Made by a program: the position numbers and the translations under genes. A stretch of DNA of 64,000 bases from positions 4,526,001 to 4,590,000 of the forward strand of contig CM106586.1 of assembly GCA_048013815.1 (NCBI GenBank), in the 5' to 3' direction. This DNA is from Setoptus koraiensis (Eukaryota; Animalia; Arthropoda). Positions within the stretch are counted from its first letter, which is position 1. Every line of letters begins with the position of its first letter. Below the pieces are notes generated by a model, which saw only the letters and a program-made list of their open reading frames with translations, was not told the origin of the DNA and did no database searches. Positions 38,701 to 49,535 of the stretch are shown piece after piece.

Positions 38701-41700
38701 CACACAACTACTGTGGCGGCCAACGCCTTAACTCTATTTCCTGTTTGGGGGCTTTTGAGGGCTCAGAGTTTGTCAGAGTTTGTCAGAGGGGGACTTTGGC
38801 CGCACAACACACACACACACACACACACAATGAGGGGATAAAGCGGCATGATGCGGCGCTATATGGACGATGATGGCGGTTACTGTCCATGTGTTTGGTC
38901 TGAATAAAGAGATAGGACACACACACCACGCCCATGAGCATATATCGGTGGGCCCCATCTATTATAATTGAACTGGACTAACTAGTGTCCGCGTGATGGC
39001 GCCAGCGAGTCAAGACAACGGCAACAACAACAACAACAACAACATCTGCTCCAGATTATCTTCACTTTGGGCCGGAGTACAAACACATGGGGCGCGCAAC
39101 GGCGACCATAATTGAAGGAAGCGCAGTTAGTCACTGGCCGCGCCGGCGGTCAATCCAATTTTATACTACTGTTGTTTTATTTGCACACTGCTCGCCAAAC
39201 AACGGCAACCACCGTTGTTGTTGTTGAACAGCGACAGCGACAACAACAACAACTGCAACAACAACTAATCATCTGATATGACCAGCGCAGCGTGGCCAGT
39301 GATGAGGCTGAATTTAGATTGGGCCTCAGCGACGCCGGGCGTTATGCTCGCCCGCTTGTCGCTGCACTCCTTTACGCCACCCACCAAAAGACAATATCTG
39401 GCCCACCATTGTCTGTTGGCTGCCAAAAAGCGCACACCAAATAGCGATTAAACGGCCTTGCAAGCCGGAGATAGTGTCAAATAGGGCGTCGGCCCCCCAA
39501 TCATAATAGGTGTTCGCTTTGCTGACTTGTTGTTGCTGTTGTTGTTGCTGTTGTTGTTTCTGCCGTTGTGTTCGCACCGTGCCAACACAACAGCATGTAG
39601 CAACAAAGATTTCAATCTTTCTTGCAGCACCCTCTGCTGCTTGTCAGTTTGACTTTGGCTGAAACAATCCGATCCAGAGTCAAGTTGTTGCAGTGGTTGC
39701 TGCGGCTGCCGCTGTTGCTGTTGTTGTTGTTGTTGTTGTCGGTTGGTTGTTGTTGATGGGTGCACATACGGCCCGATTGCGTAACTCACAATGGCGCTCA
39801 CTCGTCAGATTTTCTTTCGCCTTTCGCCTCCAGTCCGCCAGTTATCCGGCAGGCCAGCCAGCAGCGAGTGGCGTGGGCCGGATTCGGTAAATCAAAGGTG
39901 AGACGAGGCGCGTTGGAGCTCGACTCGGCTTCACGTGCGCCACCTATGTCAGTCGGACAAATGATAAATGCTGTGGATCAGCGGTCGGTCAGTGAGCCAC
40001 GGCAAGCATAATCCCGTAATGATATAAGTGCAATAATAATGATAATAACAGTTTGTGTTTGTGTGTGTCTCCCACAAACGGATACTCACTGCACCGAACG
40101 ACGATAGTTGAATATTGACCGCCAAGAACCAGCTAGTTAGAAAGAGAGAGAGAGCGAGAGAGGCCAAAGGTGAATTGGAAATTGAGAAAACAACGAGCAC
40201 GGGATCACGCGCTGCCAGCTAGCACGTGGTCCCATGCTCGACATGAAAATGAGCGGGCCCACAGTGGACAGCAGCATGCCCATGTTACATCATGCATGGA
40301 ACGGTTCATGGTTAGTGTCACTATCTGTCTCTCCACTTTCTGCCATGCCACACCAACAACAACAGCAACAACAGCAACAGCAGCGACAGCAACAACAGCA
40401 ACGACAACAACACTCACAGGTATGGGTGCAGTGGTCAGACTGCAAACAGTCGGTTATGATACACACAAAAACTACTACAATGAGTACTACTCAAAGATTA
40501 GAAATTCTCTGCCGAAATAAAACTCCGGTCAACTCAGGTGAGCCACTGACAAAAAAGAGGGACGCACGCAACTGAATGAATTAGATTCTCATGAATTAGA
40601 GAGAGCCTTGCAGAACGGAAGAACGGCGCTCGTCAAGGCCCCAAATTTGCAGCTTGCAATCATTTCATCATCGGGCGTTCTTTTCTGCTTTTCTCTGGCA
40701 CATTTCTCTCATTCCATGCACATTGCAACCATGTATTGTCGTCGTATCCACGCTGCCAGCCATGCCCAGTGTGTGCCAGGTATCTCGCAAGATCGCATAG
40801 AGACAACAACAAAGAATTCTGCCGAAACTACTACTTACACCACTAGTTTACTGGCCAATTGTGGGCCCCTACTGAATGATAAAAAAGCCATCTCTTATTC
40901 TGGGCCCCTCTCTCTTGCTCCCTCTGTCGTTCTTTCGCTCTCGCTCTCTCGTATCTCATCTTGGTTGGCCAGCACCATTCAATTGTGCTCGTGCCAGGCT
41001 CATCAATGGTCGCCTAGCAACCTTGTCGCTTTGGCCAAACCACCGTCAGTGCTCGCCTTCGATGGCTAATAAAGATTATTTTCATGTTGCCGCCTATACA
41101 CACACACCGGCGCCAGCACCATCTAAAGTGGCCCACAATGGCACAATTTCAACTGCCATCATTGCGAGAGATAGAGACAGTTCATACATGTATGATATAT
41201 CTTTAGGACGGAGGCCAGCATCTAAAGTGCTCTTTGTCTACTATTATGACACAAGTTTGTGACAATTGCATGATAATATGCCATCGGTGAGCACATAAAG
41301 AAATGGCCGTTGGCCCGCTCTTTATAATAATATTACTACGATCATATATATGTATGACACACAGATTGACGACAAAATAAAAACTGTGAGAGACAATGAC
41401 AGGGCCGTAAGGATGCCCAACAAATGCATTAGATCCCAGCACCGACACAGGGGCCACACGCCAGTCTAGGAGCTGACCATTATATGGCGTTATATAGGCA
41501 CCCAATCTCTTATACCGATTGCTCTATCGTCTGACCTAAGTAAATTGGCACAATATCCCTCTGCTCCAGGCGTCTCGTGTCAATGCCCACTGTCCAGTTT
41601 GGTTGCCATGTCAACTAAAGAATGTCCGTTCACACAAATGTACGCCCGAAAGTAGAGCAGAACCTACCTTCAAAACTAACACAATTGTAGTATTGGTTAA

Positions 41701-42107
41701 ACCCGAATGTTAATTCATCAGTGACGGCTAAGCAGTCACAATATGGATTACTGTCACTCTCTATATCATTTATAGACAATACTTGTTGATCGATTTCTTG
41801 CTTACATGTTTACATAATGGTTGAGACTAGATGAAATGGACGGCATAAAACATTTCCTGGGACCTAATTCCATCCCATTTGTATTGGTTGCTATAGTGTA
41901 GACGAGCACAGCAGACCAACAGTGGCTTCTTAATGGTTGGAAAGAACATAATTATTATTGTCAACATTTATTTGTGTGATTATAACTCTGTACAGTATAG
42001 TGGGACCCAAGTGATTGATGATGGTGTGTCAAAAATTATATCGATTGTTGCTGTATGATCGACATACATGGCTGGTCAAAGCTCTCATGACACAATACAT
42101 AGAATTC

Positions 42108-42995
42108 TCATTCAAATTGTAGATCATCGCTAATTTTGTTGTCGGCACTTCGACGATCGAACTTCTTTCTTGGATAACGAACTTTACGCATTTGTAAACT
42201 CGTAGGCTCCACTAAATTTCTACCCTGAAAGCTCTCCATTCGTTCGCGTAACATTGCATCAACTGGACATTTAACTTTGCGTAAGTTTGATGGTAGCTCG
42301 CTTGGAAGGCAAAATATTGGATCGGAAGGCTCAAATTTCTGAGTGAATCGCTGCAAGCGTCTTTTAGTAAGGCGTCTCCTTTCCACCAACCGTTTCAGTC
42401 TGTCCTGTTCATCCAATTGTTTTTTGATCTTCTTGATGCTGTTGAATTTGCTGAGACGAATATTACGCAACTTTCTCAGTTTTGCTTGTTTACGTTGTAT
42501 TCTATCTCTTAATTGGCGCATACGCTGTGAATGGGTTTTGCGTTTCTCTTGGACTACTCGATCTTTGAGCATTGCATCGAAGTCGGCCTCATCGTAATCA
42601 CTACAAAATTCATCAGATTCGCCTCCTTCCTCTTGGCTTGTTGCTGTCTCGTCACCAGCTTTGGGTATAAGATGTTCGATACCTGAAAATAACTCCTTGT
42701 GTTCAGCCACATCTAGTTCATCTGAGGCCACTTTGGGCGTTTGGACTGCTCTTCTCAAATGCTCCTCTCGCTGTAAATATTTCATTTCAGCCTTGGCCAC
42801 TGTGGCTAACAATTTATGATGGTCCTCTGGCGCAGGATTGTACGATTGGCCGGGATGGGGAATTTTCACGGCTTTCTGAAATTGAGGCTCCTTCCTTTGA
42901 CGCTTCGACGACAACCTTTTTGCCTCCTCAGGATCCAAATTGCTATCATCCCATAAATCGTAAGAGGGACCACTGTGTACGGATTTTATCTCCAT
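42108..42995 (-). CDS. NOP53: ribosome biogenesis protein NOP53 (GLTSCR2/PICT1), copy 1, intronless, 295 aa, N-terminally short
   Basis: Motifs YDLW, HPGQSYNPAPEDHHKLL, LPSELPSNLRK and ERMESFQGRNLVEP...RYPRKKFDRRS match the NOP53 family. Confidence 0.9.
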   Translation of the reverse strand: MEIKSVHSGPSYDLWDDSNLDPEEAKRLSSKRQRKEPQFQKAVKIPHPGQSYNPAPEDHHKLLATVAKAEMKYLQREEHLRRAVQTPKVASDELDVAEHKELFSGIEHLIPKAGDETATSQEEGGESDEFCSDYDEADFDAMLKDRVVQEKRKTHSQRMRQLRDRIQRKQAKLRKLRNIRLSKFNSIKKIKKQLDEQDRLKRLVERRRLTKRRLQRFTQKFEPSDPIFCLPSELPSNLRKVKCPVDAMLRERMESFQGRNLVEPTSLQMRKVRYPRKKFDRRSADNKISDDLQFE

Positions 42996-43188
42996 TTTAT
43001 GAATAAATACCTCACTACGTTATTCAGAATCTTCGTTAATTGATTTTCATTCAGTCATCTGTGTTTTCGAAAATATTCTATAATATCAATATTTCAGAAA
43101 TAAAATAGAAAAATAATAACGAGATAAAAAATATATAATAACAGCGTCAGAATTTGTGTTATTTTTCACTACGACGAACATTCAAGCC

Positions 43189-43194
43189 CACGTG
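43189..43194. promoter_or_regulatory. E-box CACGTG (AACACGTG on minus strand) between NOP53 copy 1 and the truncated ZNF622
   Basis: Same motif at the homologous position of copy 2 (49291-49296) although the flanks have diverged. Function is inferred. Confidence 0.5.
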
Positions 43195-43415
43195 TTTGCA
43201 GGACTTGAATGCCGTTTCATTCCCGCCATTGTTCGCATGAACTCATTCGACTGCGGTCACATGCTTATCTGTGAGAATAGCACTACCACTGTGTTAACAT
43301 CGATAATCACAAATATCAGGGTGATTTGTAATTGCATCATTAGTATTTATTATACAATCAAACAATATCAGTTGTCAATTTCTTTACCACAATCAACCGA
43401 CCTATAAAAGAAAAC

Positions 43416-43985
43416 ATGTCGAATCCAAACTATACATGTAAGGGATGCGGGGCAGCAATCAACGATGACTTGCTGAGGGAATATTTCAAAAATAAATGGT
43501 CTGTGGATAGGATCCCACAGATTTCCTCCAAAGGATTACACCAAAACAACCCAACACAAGGAACTTCGAGAGAGAAAGGTGCAGAATCCAGGAATTTTCT
43601 CGGAGAATCTAACCTACCGTCCATTGTACAGGAATTTTCTAAAAGAATCAGAGGAGCTCTCATTATGATGGATAAAGAGAAGGACGCTAATATAGACGAC
43701 AGTGACGAGTGGGAAACAGAGGAAGAGGACGTTGTCGTCGACGAAAAAACAGACAGTGACGAATGGGAAACGGAGGACGAGGACGTCGATATCGATATCG
43801 ATGAAAAAACAAACAGTGACGAATGGGAAACGGAGGACGAGATATCCGATTAAATGTGATACGAAAAAGATCAAGAAGAAACCAAATGAGTGATGAAAAA
43901 TGTTGTAAGACCAGATTTAGTTTATTTTGTGCCAAATAAAGTCCCACCGTGACCATAAACGTATTCTATACCAGAAAAGAGCTTC
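43416..43985 (+). pseudogene. ZNF622: truncated, decayed ZNF622/Rei1 paralog
   Basis: 145-aa ORF MSNPNYTCKGC...REYFKNKW aligns to the start of 49536. It stops at 43853 after three DSDEWET motifs. Downstream DNA (43868-43985) still aligns to 49918-50060 with in-frame stops (DQEETK*VMKNVVRPD...FCAK*SPTV). Confidence 0.85.
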
Positions 43986-44222
43986 TCAGGTAACGCGACA
44001 TGTCTATGATCTAATGAACAGTTCAGATCCCATAATTGTACAGATTATTGTTGATTGCTAATGACGTATGCACAAGCTAATCGTGTAAACTATCATGTAT
44101 TATTATGTGATCTGTCAATTGTAACCATATCAACCATATTGTATTGTTGTCTTGAAATGTGTGTTCTGTAGAATATCAATGAAGGCAATGCACGCTACCA
44201 AACCTACTACATGATTATTTCT

Positions 44223-46117
44223 TCATTTGCCTTTGTCTTGAATGCCCTGGATGCCATTCATCATTAGCATGAAATCATTTTTAACATCGCTAGCGAAATT
44301 GGCCACCTGAGTTTTAGTGTCAAGAGTTTCCACTGATTGCGTATAAGGATTGTACCGAAACACTCCCGGCCTGGGTATGGTCTTGGCGAAATCTCGCAAT
44401 TTCGCTTGCGCGTCCGCGAAACTCTCTGCCAAATAATAAATCGGTTGATAGGTTGTAATGGGGTATTCCTGTTGGCTTGTGGCCACAGGCTCAAATGGTC
44501 TTATCTCCACTTTTCCGCTCATGGCATTCTCTAGTTCGCCAATGCTAGACAATAGACCCGCACCATAGGCTTTTATTTGGCCATTTTGCTTGCACAAACC
44601 AAACTCTATGGTGAACCAATAGCAAGTGGCCAATTTCTCAATGTATTCGTCTGGGGCGCCCAACGAGGCCAATCCAATTTCCTGAGAGAAACGGGCAAAG
44701 TCCGGATCGGCAAACAGGGGTGCGTGACCCAACAATTCGTGACAGATGTCGGGCTCGGGGGTGTAGTCGGGATTTTTGTGATGCCGGATGTATTGTGTCG
44801 AGTGAAAAACTCTATAGGCCAGGCCAGCGAGAAAATCTCTAGAGCTCAACAAGCCCGCCACTGGTCGCAACGAGAAACCTGTAGAATCTGTTCGAATGGA
44901 TATTTGTTAGATAAATATTAACATTGCTAATCTCGATCATTCGTCATCAATTCATCATTAGTCTTATTGTTATAGAACGGTTAATACCTTTGAGAAATGA
45001 CGAGACATCTTCAAGCTGAGGAATGTTGTCGCGATTGTAGCCACAATTCTCTTCCATCAACGGGAAAATATGGTTATGTTCTTTGCACGCGTATTGTTTA
45101 TAAAGACGCGTAATTTTATCATAGATCACTCTCCATGTGGCGATCTCTGTCTCTGTATACTCCACTCTGGGTATGGGCTCCCCACTTGATTGATATGATA
45201 AAATTATGAAACACACATTACTTGGTGGTTAACCTGATTGAAGATCAATGTCAGTCGTTATGGCATGCAGCTGGACTTACTGTTTGTAATTCTTTGCTAT
45301 CTGAGCAAAGTAGCTCCTTCTAGCACGGTACTCCATATCGGTGAAACCCTGTTGATTGGTTTTTATGGTTAGTATGTTGGTCATTATGGTACCAGTTGAA
45401 TGGTATATTATTGATTATGATCAGCTATCTATATTATGGCAAAATCGATTCCCCAAAGAGTATCCGTCTAGAATAACACTTACCGGATGATCGGCATCCA
45501 GTTCCTCACCGTAGTTAAGAATATGGTCAACAATCATATCTAAGTCGCGAATTCTTCTTGGAAACCATGGTACTGTTGAATCGTTCATCTCGGAGCTTCG
45601 AGAGATAACCTCAAAAATGGTGGCGTCGAGTTCTGAGAAACAGTTCAAGAATTAATGGTTCAAAGAAGCTAATTGTCAACTTCATATCTTATTTTGACAA
45701 CTTAGCGATACTGCTTTTTCGCATTCGCCCTAGAGAGATATCAGACAGCCCCTGGCTCAATAATAATATCGATCAATATATCGAATGTCTGTTGAGCTTA
45801 CCATTTTTTAATCTATCTAGCGTCTCTTTGATGTTAGAGGTGGCCTCTATTTGCACAACAAATTCGTAGTTGTCTGGTAGTCTCTTTGAAGACCGAGACT
45901 CTATGTGTTTCAGATTGATTGAGTTATCCTTGAATTTATTCAATGCTTTAGCTAATGCACCCACTCCATCATTCAATGAGAACACAATTGTTGTTAGGCA
46001 ATTCTCATGTGTATCACTTATATATGAGGAAGTCTTGCGGGAAGCATGATGACTTTGGCCACTGTCACTAGCTAAACTAGTCTCCAATGGTCGCTCGATA
46101 AGAACCCCAGGACTCAT
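44223..46117 (-). CDS. PAH: phenylalanine-4-hydroxylase (Henna/PAH-type aromatic amino acid hydroxylase), 5 exons, 464 aa
   Basis: Exons 46117-45802, 45632-45484, 45348-45281, 45184-44988, 44887-44223, all GT-AG with consistent phases (1395 nt). N-terminal ACT domain (HIESRSSK...YEFVV); catalytic domain with ELDADHPGFTD and [17 protein letters not shown], plus YWFTIEFGL and [10 protein letters not shown]. Confidence 0.93.
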
Positions 46118-47416
46118 TATGTTTCGATGAGAAAATTCAATATTAATTATCTAATATCTCTAGAATTTGGCACCCTTCGCTCGATTAGCTATTAATATTT
46201 TGCCTACAAAATTAGCCTACAATCAATTGACTACTATATTCTAGCAACTCTTTAGGTCACAATTTATTAATCTATATTTTACTAATTATGAGAATTGCTC
46301 ATTTATTCACTCTTTTCTAACTATCCTGGATGTTGAGCCGAATTAGAATCTAACAATGATGACTGTTGGAATAGTCGGATTTCAGGCAATTATTCCTGAG
46401 CTATTTGTTTGATGTTAGGACTGATTTGTGGTGAGATTTCGGGTAGATTGATAGCAATGGAGCCAGTAAGTTGGTTATCTCTCGTATCGTTTTTTGCATC
46501 TAGCTAGTTAAAAATAATTGTCGTCATTAGTTTATCGTCAATCACGACATCATGAGACAATAATAAATGATATTTGATAATGTAGGCCAGTGAGCTTGAG
46601 ATTGTTTCCTGGCTGAAACGCTGAGGGTTTGATTAAATTAGATGGTCTGATAACTACATTGTCTTTGCCCCACTCGCATTGGATCGTAGATTGACACACT
46701 TTCTTCACTTCAATTCTCTCTATCCCATGCTAGGTGGCCAGAATTCAAATCAATATCTAATCGTTGGACAAAAATGTACGATCGTATATTCTGTGTCAAT
46801 TTTTTTATTAGCAATTTTGATGTAGATGTTCACAGATATCACGCATCTGTCACATCAACAACAACAAGAACTCTATCGTATATTTGTCTTATCTAGATGA
46901 TCAATCATGGAGTGCACTTGTTTGCTTTTTATCTTATAGTATCCGAGCACACAACATGATCAACCCAAACCAGTTGAACACAATTCAAAATGGCACAATT
47001 AGTAAGACCCTGGCTCTATCTATCGTTCCTCGTCAAGAGTTTATTGCATAAATACTTGTTGACAGTTATTGCTGTCTTAGTGTGATGATGAAATTGATTA
47101 TCAATTGGCGGCTTCGAAAAAAACTTCATCACATCTTCTATCACCAATTCCAAAATGTGTTACTATTGGTGTTAATTTATTGTTTTTATCTCAGTCAATT
47201 GAATAATAGTTCTGATGGTTGATTTAAGTGATTATAGTGATAAGGACTCTGGTGACGCTGATCTAGATTATTCCATGATCTAGCAACGATCAATTTTTGA
47301 TTTGTCTACATTTCCAGGCGACGACAACAGTTTATTCAATTTATAAGCTTTCATAATATAACACATAAGATTCTCATCCAAATTGAAGATCATTGCTGAT
47401 TTTGATGTCGACGCGC

Positions 47417-48257
47417 CGACGATTTAACTTCTTGGATAACGAACTTCACAAATAGCACACGATTGCTTCAGCTTTGCTTGTCCACGTTTTATTCTATCTC
47501 TTGAACAATCTAAAAGAAGAAACTTCGAAAAAAAAAAAAGAAATGAAATCGATTCGAAAGAAATGTGGATTGATGACAATGAGCAAATGCACATGACTCG
47601 AGCAGGCAAGTTCATCAGTCATAGAAGTATATAGTAATACTAGTGGACAGGCTCGGCAGGTAGAGCTCCTTTTACAATTGCAAACGATTTAGGGAGGGCC
47701 AACAAATTCAAAAAACGAGATAGTTCTCAGAACCGGAATGCGAGACAATATGACTATGAGAGGTATAATTCGACAAATTTGAAGATCTCTTGGTCAACCG
47801 AATATGTGGTTTGGGTTGTGAAAGGAGTCAGGAGAAAAGCTTGAAACTACGGCAGAGCCCATTATGGAATCACACAAAACAAAACAAGAATTCTAAGGAA
47901 AAAGACAATCGCGTTCAACAATCGCAAAACCATTATCAACCAAGGCTGATACCGTTTTATTATAATACACTATACAACTGATCTGATGGTCCATCGATCG
48001 AGTGACTCTATTGTGGATCTGATCGGTAATCCTCCATCCCGGGCTTCTTAGCTGCCTGGCGATCGAGTTCGCTTTGCGCAATGCTAGCATTTCCATCATA
48101 AGATTGTTCTATCACTTTGGCCTCTAGTTCGGCCTTATCTTCGTCGAAGGTCCAATTTTTACATTTGAGTTTCTGCCTTTCCGAGAATTTTTCTCGAATG
48201 TCTTGACAACATTGGAAGCAGAAGGTGCATTATTCTCGCAGGGATCGTAGTTAGATA
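47417..48257. pseudogene. mosaic remnant of a further copy of the NOP53-ZNF622-UGT-DDX31-flank block with large internal deletions
   Basis: 47417-47502 matches two pieces of NOP53. 47551-47774 matches pieces of the ZNF622 3' end (50319-50708). 47775-47809 matches the last UGT codons (~52600-52636). 47831-48150 matches 52699-53018 at a constant offset of 4868. Confidence 0.85.
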
Positions 48258-48310
48258 ATGATCGACATACATGGCTGGTCAAAGCTCTCATGACACAATA
48301 CATAGAATTC

Positions 48311-49198
48311 TCATTCAAATTGTAGATCATCGCTAATTTTGTTGTCGGCACTTCGACGATCGAACTTCTTTCTTGGATAACGAACTTTACGCATTTGTAA
48401 ACTCGTAGGCTCCACTAAATTTCTACCCTGAAAGCTCTCCATTCGTTCGCGTAACATTGCATCAACTGGACATTTAACTTTGCGTAAGTTTGATGGTAGC
48501 TCGCTTGGAAGGCAAAATATTGGATCGGAAGGCTCAAATTTCTGAGTAAATCGCTGCAAGCGTCTTTTTGTAAGGCGTCTCCTCTCTATCAACCGTTTCA
48601 GTCTGTCCTGTTCATCCAATTGTTTTTTGATCTTCTTGATGCTGTTGAATTTGCTGAGACGAATATTACGCAACTTTCTCAGTTTTGCTTGTTTACGTTG
48701 TATTCTATCTCTTAATTGGCGCATACGCTGTGAATGGGTTTTGCGTTTCTCTTGGACTACTCGATCTTTGAGCATTGCATCGAAGTCGGCCTCATCGTAA
48801 TCACTACAAAATTCATCAGATTCGCCTCCTTCCTCTTGGCTTGTTGCTGTCTCGTCACCAGCTTTGGGTATAAGATGTTCGATACCTGAAAATAACTCCT
48901 TGTGTTCAGCCACATCTAGTTCATCTGAGGCCACTTTGGGCGTTTGGACTGCTCTTCTCAAATGCTCCTCTCGCTGTAAATATTTCATTTCAGCCTTGGC
49001 CACTGTGGCTAACAATTTATGATGGTCCTCTGGCGCAGGATTGTACGATTGGCCGGGATGGGGAATTTTCACGGCTTTCTGAAATTGAGGCTCCTTCCTT
49101 TGACGCTTCGACGACAACCTTTTTGCCTCCTCAGGATCCAAATTGCTATCATCCCATAAATCGTAAGAGGGACCACTGTGTACGGATTTTATCTCCAT
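48311..49198 (-). CDS. NOP53: ribosome biogenesis protein NOP53, copy 2 (295 aa)
   Basis: Nearly identical to 42108-42995 (offset 6203). Start placed at the shared MEIKSV ATG (49198), not the track's 49258. Confidence 0.9.
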   Translation of the reverse strand: MEIKSVHSGPSYDLWDDSNLDPEEAKRLSSKRQRKEPQFQKAVKIPHPGQSYNPAPEDHHKLLATVAKAEMKYLQREEHLRRAVQTPKVASDELDVAEHKELFSGIEHLIPKAGDETATSQEEGGESDEFCSDYDEADFDAMLKDRVVQEKRKTHSQRMRQLRDRIQRKQAKLRKLRNIRLSKFNSIKKIKKQLDEQDRLKRLIERRRLTKRRLQRFTQKFEPSDPIFCLPSELPSNLRKVKCPVDAMLRERMESFQGRNLVEPTSLQMRKVRYPRKKFDRRSADNKISDDLQFE

Positions 49199-49290
49199 TT
49201 TATTATTCAGTACAAAGTGTATTTCAAAAATGAAAATAATAATGTGATGGAACAGCATCGGAATCTGTCACTACGGCAGACATCCAAGCC

Positions 49291-49296
49291 CACGTG
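49291..49296. promoter_or_regulatory. E-box CACGTG in the ~340-bp bidirectional NOP53/ZNF622 promoter
   Basis: AACACGTG on the NOP53 strand ~90 nt upstream of the NOP53 ATG; conserved in the paralogous interval. Confidence 0.55.
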
Positions 49297-49535
49297 TTCG
49301 CAGGACTAGACTGCCATTTCATTCCTGCCATCTCACACATTTGTTCGCATGACGACGTTCAATGCAGCCCAACTGCAGTTATAAGCTTATCTGCGCGAAT
49401 AGCACTCCCAGTGTGTTCAAATCAAAAATCACAAATATCAGAGTGATATCGGAAAGACAACATCATTATTTATTAGACTATCGAGCAATATCAACTCACT
49501 TTCTCGCCACGATATATTAACCAACCAGAGGAAAC

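Noticed and set aside
40640-40775. RING-like CNH...FHAHC...CPVC peptide
   Set aside because: Ligand spacing is wrong, the first CxxC pair is missing, and no splice solution fixes it.
500-41500. Hundreds of short ORFs in the track (poly-L/V/C/Q/T/A etc.)
   Set aside because: They are translations of CAA/TTG, CA/TG and minisatellite repeats in all six frames with no family motifs. Only the prospero exons are supported.
47082-47216. Possible C/D-box snoRNA (GTGATGA ... CTGA)
   Set aside because: No terminal stem and no recognisable rRNA antisense element; such boxes are common in AT-rich DNA.
49199-49258. 20-aa N-terminal extension of NOP53 copy 2 in the ORF track
   Set aside because: Not shared with copy 1, AT-rich UTR-like sequence, and no similarity to the NOP53 N-terminus.
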